Notes under the pieces: generated by a model
Database searches by the model: none
Told to the model about the DNA's origin: nothing
What the model saw: the letters and a program-made list of their open reading frames with translations, nothing else
Position numbers and translations under genes: made by a program
In this document: positions 26,284-35,364 of the stretch, piece by piece
How positions within the stretch are numbered: the stretch's first letter is position 1
Layout of the letters: each line of letters begins with the position of its first letter
From: Candidatus Latescibacterota bacterium
Lineage (GTDB): Bacteria > Latescibacterota > UBA2968 > UBA8231
Length of the DNA: 64,000 nucleotides
Direction of reading: 5' to 3'
Assembly (NCBI GenBank): GCA_965217585.1
Contig: OZ244561.1
Span: 1,248,001 to 1,312,000 of the forward strand

Positions 26284-28020
26284 ATGAGCAAATTCCGCCA
26301 AAAGACAAAACTCGCCGTCTGGGGCTTGCTCGGCGGCCTAGCGCTCGCCGCCTGTGGCTCCGACGAGGGAGCCATAAAGCACGTCCCTCGCAACCGCACC
26401 CTCATCCTCGGCCTGCCGCAGATGCGGGACTACGACTCATTTAATCCCTTTATCGTCGGCACCCAATCCCCGGGCTTCGACTACCTGTTTGAGCCGCTCT
26501 ACTTCTACAACGCGTACGTAGAAAAAGACCACGTCATACCCTGGATCGCCGAAGGTCACGAATACAACGCCGACTACACGGAAGTGACGATCCACATTCG
26601 CAAAGGGGTGGCCTGGAGCGATGGGCGGCCTTGGACCGCCCACGATCTCAAGTTCACCATTGACATGCTCAAGGCCCACGCCCCGGAACTGGCCTTTTCC
26701 ACCGACATGGACACCTGGGTCGCCGCAGTCGAAGTTCCGGATTCGCTGACGGCGCGGTTCGTACTCAAAGCGCCCAACCCCCGCTTTGTGTTCTCCTATT
26801 TTACCTACAACTTCGGCAACGGCATCCACATCGTGCCCAAGCACATCTGGGAAGGCCAGGATCCGACTTCGTTCAAAAACCTCGACTTGGCCCGTGGCCT
26901 GCCGGTCGTCAGCGGCCCCTACCGCCTCGCCCTCTCCGGGCCTCAGCAACGGCTCTGGGATCTGCGCGAGGACTGGTGGGCCGCCCAAATCGGCTTTCAG
27001 CGCCTGCCGAGAGTCGAGCGCATCATCTACCTGCCCCAAGGCGACGAGAACAAGTGGGTCCAGCTCATCCTCGCCAACCAGATGGATCAGTGCATCGACT
27101 TGCGGCCCTCCAACATCAAGACCCTCCTCGACCAAAACCCCAACGTCACCACGTGGTCGGGCCGCCAGCCGCCCTATGGCTATCGGGACTGGTGGCCGCC
27201 GGCTCTCGGCTTTAACAACCTAGAGCCACCCTTCGACGACCCGGACATTCGCTGGGCCGTAAACTACGCCATTGACCGCGACCAGCTCGTGGCCATCGGC
27301 TGGCAGGGCGCTGGCGAGTACACCCTGTTGCCGTTCCCCCACTTCCCACCGCTGATGCACTATATCAACCAAGTTCAGGATCTGCTAGCAAAGTATCCAG
27401 TGGGGAAACACGACCTAGCCCAGACCGCAGCCATCATGGAGCGCAAGGGCTGGAGCAGAGATGCGGAAGGTATGTGGCAGCAGAACGGCGAGCGCCTGAA
27501 AATTCCCGTCGTCGTCTTTCCCTCCCTCTTCCAAGACTTCACGCCCGTACTCGTCGAGCAACTGCGCCGCGCGGGTTTCGACTCCTCCTTCCGCATGTTC
27601 TCCGACGCCTATACCCGCATGACCCAAGGTACGGCCCGCGCCTTTGTCATGGGCAACGGCGGCTCGGTGCGCGACCCGTACTTCACCCTCCGGCTCTACC
27701 ACAGCCGCTACGTCCAACCCACCGGCACGGCCACTCCGTATTTCTGGCGCTGGCGCAACGCGGACTTCGACCACTTGGTTGATCAGATGGGCCAGACCGC
27801 ACCCGACGATCCAGCGCTCGTGCCGCTGTTTCGCCAAGCCCTTGAGATCTGGCTGGCCGAATTGCCGGCCATTCCCCTATTGCAATGGTTCCACCGCATT
27901 CCCCACAACCAAACCTATTGGACAAACTGGCCCTCGGCCGAAAACCCCTACATGAACAGCGCCTACTGGGTGCGTTCGTTTTTGATCGTGCTGTTGGGAT
28001 TGGAACCGGCGCAGCCTTGA
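26284..28020 (+). CDS. ABC transporter substrate-binding lipoprotein, family 5 (OppA/DppA-like)
   Basis: Lipobox LAAC; IRKGVAWSDGRPWTAHD, SGPY, PFDDPDIRWAVNYAIDRD. No permease or ATPase adjacent. Confidence 0.92.
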   Translation: MSKFRQKTKLAVWGLLGGLALAACGSDEGAIKHVPRNRTLILGLPQMRDYDSFNPFIVGTQSPGFDYLFEPLYFYNAYVEKDHVIPWIAEGHEYNADYTEVTIHIRKGVAWSDGRPWTAHDLKFTIDMLKAHAPELAFSTDMDTWVAAVEVPDSLTARFVLKAPNPRFVFSYFTYNFGNGIHIVPKHIWEGQDPTSFKNLDLARGLPVVSGPYRLALSGPQQRLWDLREDWWAAQIGFQRLPRVERIIYLPQGDENKWVQLILANQMDQCIDLRPSNIKTLLDQNPNVTTWSGRQPPYGYRDWWPPALGFNNLEPPFDDPDIRWAVNYAIDRDQLVAIGWQGAGEYTLLPFPHFPPLMHYINQVQDLLAKYPVGKHDLAQTAAIMERKGWSRDAEGMWQQNGERLKIPVVVFPSLFQDFTPVLVEQLRRAGFDSSFRMFSDAYTRMTQGTARAFVMGNGGSVRDPYFTLRLYHSRYVQPTGTATPYFWRWRNADFDHLVDQMGQTAPDDPALVPLFRQALEIWLAELPAIPLLQWFHRIPHNQTYWTNWPSAENPYMNSAYWVRSFLIVLLGLEPAQP

Positions 28021-28030
28021 GATAGGTACT

Positions 28031-28231
28031 TCACTCGGCGTGTTGCGATAGAAGGGCTCTCACTGAAGGAACCAACGCATTGGGGATTTCCATCACCGTT
28101 TGCGTTGTGTCCTCCCAAACGGCCTCATCTTCCGCCACGGCCTCTTCCTCCGTTTGCGATTTGTAATGCTGGAGGAGACGTTGGACACGTTCCTCGTTCC
28201 AACCATCCGGAAACCTAGTCTCATTTTTCAT
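28031..28231 (-). CDS. Small acidic protein (66 aa), possible orphan antitoxin
   Basis: SD GAGG before ATG 28231; MKNETRFPDGWNEERVQRLLQHYKSQTEEEAVAEDEA...MEIPNALVPSVRALL; more AT-rich than neighbours. Confidence 0.6.
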   Translation of the reverse strand: MKNETRFPDGWNEERVQRLLQHYKSQTEEEAVAEDEAVWEDTTQTVMEIPNALVPSVRALLSQHAE

Positions 28232-28236
28232 CTTCC

Positions 28237-30204
28237 TCATTTGATGTGCAACAGCGGCTGCCGGTACAGTTGGGAGCCGACGCGCAAACGCGCCCAATAG
28301 ACCCCGGAGGCCACCGGACGCCCCTGGTCGTCGCGGGCATCCCACCCGGCTAGATAGCGACCCACCCCCCGGCCGCCGGTCAGTTGGCGCACCAATTGGC
28401 CATCGACTCCGTAAATGGACAAGGCATAATCCGCCTCGACCGGCAGGATGAAGGGAATTCGCGTGAAGCTGTTGAACGGATTGGGGTAATTGGCCAACAG
28501 AGCGGCCTTGTCGGGGGTGGTTTGTTCCACCTCTCCCACGGCCGTGGGGACGACCGCGCCGGGCAAATATTGAGACAGTGCGGCACCGCTGATGATGTGG
28601 GCTTCCCCTGCGTTTTCGCGTTGATTGTCGGGGCCATCGCCGGCCATGCCGTTGGGGATGGCGTCCATCCGCCCGTCGCCATCCATATCGCCGCTGGCCC
28701 CCCAATAGGCCGAAAAATCGATCGGGTCGGGTGCTTCAATCCACACGACAGGTACTGCGGGGTCGGCCAAATCGATCTCGTGCGGCAGATCGGGGCCGCC
28801 GGCCAGCACCGCGAAACCACCAGCCAAGCGCCGCTTGAGCGGCCCCTCGTCGCCGGGCACGCCGACAAAGAGATCGTCGTACCCGTCGCCGTGGATATCG
28901 CCAGCAGCTAAGGCGTCGCCAGTAATGGCATTGGGGCGGGCACCGTAGATAACAGTAATGTCGGCCGGCGGCGCGGCCATATCCAGCCGCTGTCCGCGCC
29001 GCTGGGGACCGCCGTACACCACGTACACCTCGCCGGCGTCGGTGCGGCTATTGCCCGGACCGTCGGCCCGGTACGCGCCGATGAATAGGTCTTGGATGCC
29101 GTTGCCGTCGATATCGGCCAAGACGAATTCCTCGCCCAGCCGGTCGGGCGAGTCCCCGCCGCCATCGGCACCGTAAATGACGGTCAGATCAACGGGCGGA
29201 TCCCCGGCTAAATCAATGGCCGCGGGCCGCTGGGGACCGCCGTACACCACGTACATTTCCCCGGCGTTTTCGCGCTGGTTTTCGGGGCCATCCCCAGCGC
29301 CGCCGGTGCGATGGTACGCATTGCGCAAGGTGCCGAAAGCCGCCGCGCCAATGGCGATGTCGTCGTACCCGTCGCCATCAAAGTCGCCAGCAACCACGGT
29401 CGAACCGGCGTGGTCTAGGGCATCGATGCCGTAGATGATACTCAAGGGGTGTTCCGCAGCCACCAGATCGATAGTAGCACCCGAATCTAGTGGGCCGTAG
29501 AGGACGTACACCCGTCCCGTCTCAGCGGCCCCCATCACCCCCGAGGCCCGATCGGCCCCCACCACCGCATCCCGGTGGCCATCGCCGTCAAAATCGCCGG
29601 CAGTCATCCACACCCCCAAGCGGTTGTCGCGTTCAGCGCCGATAACGGTGCTCACCCCCTCCGGCCAAGGTCGTTGCGCCAAATCCAAGCGCCTCCCTGC
29701 GGCCCGCAACTGAGCAATGAGTTCGGCCGAGAAAATATAGAGCTTGCCGGCGTTGATGCGCTCGGGAGCGTCGGCGTAAAAAGCGCCCACCAAAAGATCG
29801 GCGCGCCCGTCGCCCATGAGGTCGGCCACATGGGTCTTGATCCCGAAAAGGTCGCGCCGGGCCTCGCCATATAGGGTGACCACATCGCCGGAGTCGGCGG
29901 CCAAGTCTAGGCCACCCCCCGAGGGTATAGTGTTGAAGCAAATGGCCACTTCGCCAGCGTTGGAGCGATCGTTGGCGGGGCCATCGCCGGCCATGGCCGA
30001 AATCACCAGATCGTCGCGCCCGTCGCCATCGAGATCACCGGTGGTAATAGGCGTGCCGAATTCGGCATCATTGACGTCGGGGTTGTACACTGTGAACTGG
30101 CCCGTTTGAGCGGTATCGGCCAGATCCCACACGTGGACGATTTGGGCCGAGACCGGGATGGCCAGACAGCACAGGACCGACGACAGGATGGCCGCGTATT
30201 TCAT
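28237..30204 (-). CDS. Secreted FG-GAP / integrin-alpha repeat protein with FlgD-like (T9SS type A-like) C-terminal domain
   Basis: Seven GDxDGDGxxDLxxGA...AGEVY repeats; TAVGE linker, NYPNPFNS...WDARDDQGRPVASGVY...LLHIK tail; start ATG 30204. Confidence 0.88.
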   Translation of the reverse strand: MKYAAILSSVLCCLAIPVSAQIVHVWDLADTAQTGQFTVYNPDVNDAEFGTPITTGDLDGDGRDDLVISAMAGDGPANDRSNAGEVAICFNTIPSGGGLDLAADSGDVVTLYGEARRDLFGIKTHVADLMGDGRADLLVGAFYADAPERINAGKLYIFSAELIAQLRAAGRRLDLAQRPWPEGVSTVIGAERDNRLGVWMTAGDFDGDGHRDAVVGADRASGVMGAAETGRVYVLYGPLDSGATIDLVAAEHPLSIIYGIDALDHAGSTVVAGDFDGDGYDDIAIGAAAFGTLRNAYHRTGGAGDGPENQRENAGEMYVVYGGPQRPAAIDLAGDPPVDLTVIYGADGGGDSPDRLGEEFVLADIDGNGIQDLFIGAYRADGPGNSRTDAGEVYVVYGGPQRRGQRLDMAAPPADITVIYGARPNAITGDALAAGDIHGDGYDDLFVGVPGDEGPLKRRLAGGFAVLAGGPDLPHEIDLADPAVPVVWIEAPDPIDFSAYWGASGDMDGDGRMDAIPNGMAGDGPDNQRENAGEAHIISGAALSQYLPGAVVPTAVGEVEQTTPDKAALLANYPNPFNSFTRIPFILPVEADYALSIYGVDGQLVRQLTGGRGVGRYLAGWDARDDQGRPVASGVYWARLRVGSQLYRQPLLHIK

Positions 30205-30305
30205 GGAAATTCTCGGCGAAAAACTTGGCGAATTACTGCATATTCCCCGACTACGCCCGATCAGGCTCCGCTTTGACAAGCCCGGAACCAAGTCTGTCAT
30301 CGCTC

Positions 30306-31913
30306 CTATTCCGATCTCTGTAACCGACTGTCGATTTCATCCATCATGTAACGACATATAGCCTCGACTGTGTGGTCCACTTCAGCGTTTTGGCCGTCGA
30401 GTTCTGAATAAGGAATGCGGTAGTCTATGTCCGTAATGCGCTTTCCGTCAATCACTACCTCAAACGAGAATTTTTCTCCGCTCAGCTTCCATACAACTGA
30501 CAGCTCCAAGTCGAAACCATGGTTCCCTATCCCTATGTATCTATAGAAGCGGTACTTCGCTCCTAGCTCGACTTGCTGCTCATCGCTAAGTTCAAAACCC
30601 GGACTCAATAAGTATTTTTCCTTTGTACTTCCCCATTGGTCGGCTCCGAACACGTCCCCGGATACGCCTCCACTACTACCAAGTCGTGCATACTTCTCCG
30701 GCAAGTAACGATCAAACAGCTCGAAGCCTTGCCGTTCACATAGCCTGTCTAGCTTCTCTAATATCGGTTTAACATACTGAAGGACTATCTGATCCAGCAC
30801 TTCAACGTCAGAGTTATTCGATGCCGGCCCTCTTCTCTTTTGAATAAAGACGTCCATTTCTTTATCCATATCATCGGGTTCGCGAATCGATTCTCCCTTC
30901 GCAGCCCGAATCGCCAGTTCAAGCGACCATAAGACGTTTTCCAGCATGAATTGGGCAAGGGGCAACATGCGACCTACATCGGCGTTCTGGAGCCCGCCGA
31001 TGTAGCGGTCCCGGTCGTCGCTCTTGATCACAATGGGCGGCAGGTTGTTCCGAAGCAAAACGTAGTTGGCAAGCAGCCGTGCGGTGCGCCCGTTCCCATC
31101 ATCGAATGGATGGATGCGGAGAAAACTCCAATGCGACTCAGCCAGAAACAACGGCAGAGGATAGGCATTCCGCTCCAAGTCACGCCGAAAATCACGGGTC
31201 CATTCCTCCATTAATGAGGGCGTTTCCTCGGGTTCAGCGAATCGATGCAGTTCTCCGGTCGCCGTCTGCACGTGATTCGGCTGTGTCTTGTATTGGCCCG
31301 GAATAATGCGCTTCTGAGTCGGTTGGCCATCCGGCGTCTCTGCGTAGCTCCAGAATGGCTCTTTGAGGAGGACTTGGTTTAGCTGTCTTATATCGCTCTC
31401 CCCAATAATCCGTTCCTCTCCAGCGAGGGATCGCGTATAGTCGATCGCAACATCGTGCGCCTTCATCTCCTCGTAGTCCCGCATCGGGTGCCCGCCAGCC
31501 GTGCGACCGTGGATGAGCAGTAATTCGGTCTCGTGATAGGTCAGCGTATTGCCTTCGATATGATTGCTGTTATAGTTCCATTCGAGTCTGAGTTTTCTCC
31601 AAAGTCGTTCGTTGTCAGCGCTCTTCATACCTTCGCGCCGCTCGTGCCATTCCGCAATCGCCGCCTCTAAATCCGCTAGGCGTTCAAAGAGGTGAACGTG
31701 CTCAGTGGTGAGGTTTGGGATGTTGATACCTAGTGAGCGGGATTCGGCGATCCAATGGGCCATTCGCTCTCTGACCCCGGCATCGGCTTCAAGCCCAGAA
31801 AGCGCATTCGCGTCGAGCGTGTACCGTCCGAGCTGCGGATGCTCGACGATAATCCGATCTGCGGACTCGACTACCTCTGCTATATCCCCAGTGATAGGAC
31901 AGTTGCGCTTCAT
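30306..31913 (-). CDS. Fic family protein (class II type) with N- and C-terminal extensions
   Basis: Catalytic HPFDDGNGRTAR; inhibitory SNHIEGN motif; lower GC; SD AAGGAG. Confidence 0.92.
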   Translation of the reverse strand: MKRNCPITGDIAEVVESADRIIVEHPQLGRYTLDANALSGLEADAGVRERMAHWIAESRSLGINIPNLTTEHVHLFERLADLEAAIAEWHERREGMKSADNERLWRKLRLEWNYNSNHIEGNTLTYHETELLLIHGRTAGGHPMRDYEEMKAHDVAIDYTRSLAGEERIIGESDIRQLNQVLLKEPFWSYAETPDGQPTQKRIIPGQYKTQPNHVQTATGELHRFAEPEETPSLMEEWTRDFRRDLERNAYPLPLFLAESHWSFLRIHPFDDGNGRTARLLANYVLLRNNLPPIVIKSDDRDRYIGGLQNADVGRMLPLAQFMLENVLWSLELAIRAAKGESIREPDDMDKEMDVFIQKRRGPASNNSDVEVLDQIVLQYVKPILEKLDRLCERQGFELFDRYLPEKYARLGSSGGVSGDVFGADQWGSTKEKYLLSPGFELSDEQQVELGAKYRFYRYIGIGNHGFDLELSVVWKLSGEKFSFEVVIDGKRITDIDYRIPYSELDGQNAEVDHTVEAICRYMMDEIDSRLQRSE

Positions 31914-31948
31914 AAATCCAACTCCTTCACTGATGTTACGCAGTTTTT

Positions 31949-32100
31949 GTCATGCCTGCGAAAGCAGGCATCCAGATTACTCCTCGGCGGTTCGGGCTTC
32001 GGTACGTTTGGTTGAACCGCTGAGCGACTCGACAACTCGATTGAGCGCACCGAATTCCGCATCGTGCGCGGGGCTGGATTCCCGCTTTCGCGGGAATGAC
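31949..32100. repeat. Inverted pair of palindromic REP-like units (REPIN/MITE-like)
   Basis: GTCATGCCTGCGAAAGCAGGCATCCAG (31949-31975) and CTGGATTCCCGCTTTCGCGGGAATGAC (32074-32100) are near reverse complements, each an internal hairpin, 98 bp apart. Confidence 0.8.
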
Positions 32101-32145
32101 ATGAGTGGGCGGCAGGAAGCCACAGACGATAACGGCTGCGTAACA

Positions 32146-32226
32146 TCAGTCCTTCAGATACTCCTCCAACCCGGCCTCGACCTCGGCAAGCTCGGTCCCA
32201 AGCTCCGCGGTCTCCCTCTAGACGGC
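32146..32226 (-). pseudogene. Relic resembling the extreme C-terminus of a type I restriction-modification HsdM subunit
   Basis: Translates AV*RETAELGTELAEVEAGLEEYLKD*, similar to the HsdM terminal coiled coil as I recall it; in-frame TAG and no upstream gene body. Confidence 0.4.
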
Positions 32227-32346
32227 CTAATTTGCATACTGATTTAGAATATGTACTTCCCCAGTATCCAGTATATTGTCAAGGTCTTTTTAGTAGCATG
32301 AATCGTCCTGACCTTTTTACATAGAACGCCCATAGGTGCCCCAAGC

Positions 32347-33195
32347 TTAGCTGATTGAATCCCCGGCCCCGATGACGGATCCGCTGCGACCGGCCCGATA
32401 CCTACTCACTAACCGGCTGACGACAAAGGCGCAGAGCAGAGAAACTACCGTCAGCCAGACCAGCCATTCGATTCCAGCGCGGGGATACTCGACGTAAATT
32501 CGGCCCCAATCAGAATCGTCTTTTAGAGGCAACGCGCGCGGGGCGAGAAGATGGGCCAAGACGCCAGCCTGACGCGCCGGGGCCATACTCCCCACAAAGC
32601 CACCGACGTACAGAGGAAATTCCACGGCCTGCCCACAGCCCGTGAGGCGGAGTACGTGTTCGCCGGATCCCTCCGGTCGGAGACGCCATACTAGGCGGTG
32701 GAGGGCCGGCTCCCGCACCGAGGGACTTAGCACACCCGTTCCTTGGACCCATTCGATTTTGCAGTCCATTTGAGCCATATCGGCAGCAGGCCGAGCCAGT
32801 ACCGCGGTCATCAGCGTTTCAGCACCGCTCGGGATGGGCGCCAAGGCAAAGCGGTAGTGGGCCTGTATCAACAAAGGAGCGCTCGCCAGCAAAGAAAGAA
32901 CGAGAGGTGCCAAAAGAATGCTGCTATAGCGCAAATTGGCCTTGAGCAATGCTAGTTGCGCCTGCCAGACCAACAAAGGCTCGCGCCGGTAGAGCCAGAT
33001 CTCGAAAAGGGCGGCCCACAACTCGTCGCGGGCTTGGCGCAGGCGTTCTCTGCGGACCAGCGCGGCGAATATCAGCGAGACCACTATCCCCAAGACGGCA
33101 GCCACGCCGAGGATTTCCGCCCATCTCCCCAGCGCTGCCAAGGGTGCCATACAGGCGTCGAACGCATAGTTGTAGTAGCGGATGAAGGTTTGCAT
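32347..33195 (-). CDS. Membrane protein: TM-helical linker-TM N-terminus, Ig-like soluble domain, C-terminal TM
   Basis: Hydrophobic segments ILGVAAVLGIVVSLIFAALV, ILLAPLVLSLLASAPLLI and WLVWLTVVSLLCAFVV; starts 3 bp after the upstream stop. Confidence 0.7.
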   Translation of the reverse strand: MQTFIRYYNYAFDACMAPLAALGRWAEILGVAAVLGIVVSLIFAALVRRERLRQARDELWAALFEIWLYRREPLLVWQAQLALLKANLRYSSILLAPLVLSLLASAPLLIQAHYRFALAPIPSGAETLMTAVLARPAADMAQMDCKIEWVQGTGVLSPSVREPALHRLVWRLRPEGSGEHVLRLTGCGQAVEFPLYVGGFVGSMAPARQAGVLAHLLAPRALPLKDDSDWGRIYVEYPRAGIEWLVWLTVVSLLCAFVVSRLVSRYRAGRSGSVIGAGDSIS

Positions 33196-33198
33196 CTA

Positions 33199-33393
33199 CT
33201 ACTCCAGATAGCCCAAACCCTTGAGGCGTTCGTCGATTCGTTCTTGGTCCGCAGCCGACGGGGCATTGAGTTCTTTCTCAATGCAGTGAATGACAAATTC
33301 TTCCACACTGCTGTACCCTACCTTTTCGACGTGGGCTTGGGCGCGGTGCCAAAGCTGGTCGTCCAAGGCAATCTTTCGTTTAAAGAGCGCCAT
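33199..33393 (-). CDS. 64-aa ribbon-helix-helix (CopG-like) protein with C-terminal RLKGLGYLE motif
   Basis: KIALDDQLWHRAQAHVEKVGYSSVEEFVIHCIEKEL fits beta-helix-G/S-helix; SD GGAGG; fills the gap in the operon exactly. Confidence 0.78.
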   Translation of the reverse strand: MALFKRKIALDDQLWHRAQAHVEKVGYSSVEEFVIHCIEKELNAPSAADQERIDERLKGLGYLE

Positions 33394-35364
33394 CTATTCC
33401 TCCCAGATCGAATGTCCCGACATGGCGGCCGGCGAAGCCAGACCGTAGTGCGCGAGGATACTCACCGGAATATCCCGCAGATGGTGCGGGATGGGCTTCA
33501 GCGGTTTATTGCTCAGGAGAACGCCGGGCACCTCTTCGGCCGCCATGCAGTGATCTCCGCTCCAAGGGGAGAGATTATCCTGCAAAACCGCACTCGTCAG
33601 TTGGCCAATGGCCGTGGCACCCGAAGCGCGATACCCCCTCGCATAGCCGATGATTAAGTCCGGTGCCAAGTCCAGATCGGCCCCAGAGTCCGGGCGATAG
33701 ACTTTTTTTACCACCTGCCGACCATCGGCCGGATCCCGCAGGGCGAGCAGATTCTGACTCAGTTCGTCGAGCAGGCTTTCCCGGGCCTCGGGCCGCACGG
33801 TCCCGTGCTGTTCGCGACCCTTGATATTGAGATACAGGGCATTGAGCCCCAGACCATAGGCCCGGGTTTGTTCCCAGCGCACATGCTCCTCGTTGAGGAT
33901 ATGAGCTTGGTCGAGCGACACTTGGGGAGCCAAGGCGAGATAGCCCTCCCGAGCCAGCCACGAATTGAGATTGAAAGAGCGCTCGTACGCGGCAAAGCCG
34001 TGGTCCGAAAGGACGATGATATCCGCGTCTGCCCCCAGCAGTTCGACGGCCTCCCCCAGCAAATCGTCCATGGCGACGTATTGATCGGCAATGGCCTGTT
34101 GGTACGGGGCGAATTCCGCTCGGTGTCCCGGGTGATCGGGTGCCCAAGCGCGCCAGAGCATATGGCAGACCTGATCGAGACTGTGGACGTAAAAAAAGAG
34201 CATACCGGCCGCGAAGCGTCCAAGCTCGTAGCGCAGTTGGCGACGGCGTTCTCCGAGGGCCAGAGCGTCCTGGCGCAAGAATTCTCCGTAGTCAAAAACA
34301 CCCGCTTCGAGAGCTTTGGTATCGTCGGGCATGCCCTGGGTATAGTGCGGGCCAAGAGCCTGGTACAATTCTTCGGCAGCCTCGGGAGGAATGGAAATGG
34401 GCATGGCCGGATTGCCGGGGTGGATATTGACCGGTGTCAGATAGAGTTGTAGAGAGGGGGCTGCGGCCCGCAGGTAAAAGCGGGCAATGCCCTGCAGGCG
34501 TTCCAAGCTGTAGGGCTTGCGCCCGTAGTCTATGGTAATCCACGGACTCCACTCGCCGGCCTGGAGGACCAAGCGCTGTTGGCCGAGGACAATTTCGGCG
34601 GTCTGGTGCTGTCGATCTAGGTAGATCGCAAAATGGGTTTGCACCGGCTCTTCGTCTAGGGTCGGACCGTGGAGGGGCAATTGCGCCCAACTGTTTTCCA
34701 ACTGGACGCCGATTATTTTGCCGCCGGGAACGGCCAATTCCCCCCCGGCCGCTAGGCTGGTGCCCCCGCCTTCGAGGTGCTCCGGCACGGTGTACGGGCC
34801 CTCGGTGTAATAGGTAAAAGTTCCATAGGTCCCCAGCATATCCGGCGTGCCCATGCCCGAGAAAGCGCGCAGGTCGCAGGGACAGAAAAACGGCAGGTTG
34901 CCCAAACTCCCCGCTGGCTGAGAGGGAGGGAAATTGGCCGGCACTTTGAAAATGGTCGTAGGAATACCGCGTTCGGCGAGAATTTCCCAAAAGGGCCGAC
35001 CCCGGCGCTGCAACTCCAACTGGCCGGATTTCCTCCGGCGCGCGGTGGACAGAAAGGGAGTCAGGGAGGCCGGGTCGCGGTGGACGAAGTCGAAAATGCC
35101 GTGATCCTGTGGGTCCAAGCCGGTAATAAAGCTCGACCACGCCACAGGGCTCTGCGGCGGCGCACTGGTTTGCAAGGGTGCAAAACCCCCGCGCCGGGCT
35201 AGGGCCTCAAAGTGGGGCATCCGGCCCTCGGTCATCAACGTCCGCAGAATCTGCGGGTCCATGCCGTCGATGCCCAGCACCAGCAGGCGACCCGGCGGAG
35301 GGCCAGAGCGGCAGACCCAGGACAGGAGGCCGATCAGGGCGATGGCAAGGGCAGTGTTAGGCAT
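33394..35364 (-). CDS. Alkaline phosphatase superfamily nucleotide pyrophosphatase/phosphodiesterase (Ser nucleophile)
   Basis: LGIDG, PPQSPVAWSSFITG, DQVCH, LSDHG, WSGDH; N-terminal hydrophobic segment; start ATG 35364 overlapping the upstream stop (ORF track start 35391). Confidence 0.88.
   Translation of the reverse strand: MPNTALAIALIGLLSWVCRSGPPPGRLLVLGIDGMDPQILRTLMTEGRMPHFEALARRGGFAPLQTSAPPQSPVAWSSFITGLDPQDHGIFDFVHRDPASLTPFLSTARRRKSGQLELQRRGRPFWEILAERGIPTTIFKVPANFPPSQPAGSLGNLPFFCPCDLRAFSGMGTPDMLGTYGTFTYYTEGPYTVPEHLEGGGTSLAAGGELAVPGGKIIGVQLENSWAQLPLHGPTLDEEPVQTHFAIYLDRQHQTAEIVLGQQRLVLQAGEWSPWITIDYGRKPYSLERLQGIARFYLRAAAPSLQLYLTPVNIHPGNPAMPISIPPEAAEELYQALGPHYTQGMPDDTKALEAGVFDYGEFLRQDALALGERRRQLRYELGRFAAGMLFFYVHSLDQVCHMLWRAWAPDHPGHRAEFAPYQQAIADQYVAMDDLLGEAVELLGADADIIVLSDHGFAAYERSFNLNSWLAREGYLALAPQVSLDQAHILNEEHVRWEQTRAYGLGLNALYLNIKGREQHGTVRPEARESLLDELSQNLLALRDPADGRQVVKKVYRPDSGADLDLAPDLIIGYARGYRASGATAIGQLTSAVLQDNLSPWSGDHCMAAEEVPGVLLSNKPLKPIPHHLRDIPVSILAHYGLASPAAMSGHSIWEE

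Noticed and set aside
31910-32146. 78-aa ORF upstream of fic as an antitoxin
   Set aside because: It is mostly a translation of the REP-like arms (CHSRESGNP, LDACFRRHD), and the Fic protein already carries its own inhibitory motif.
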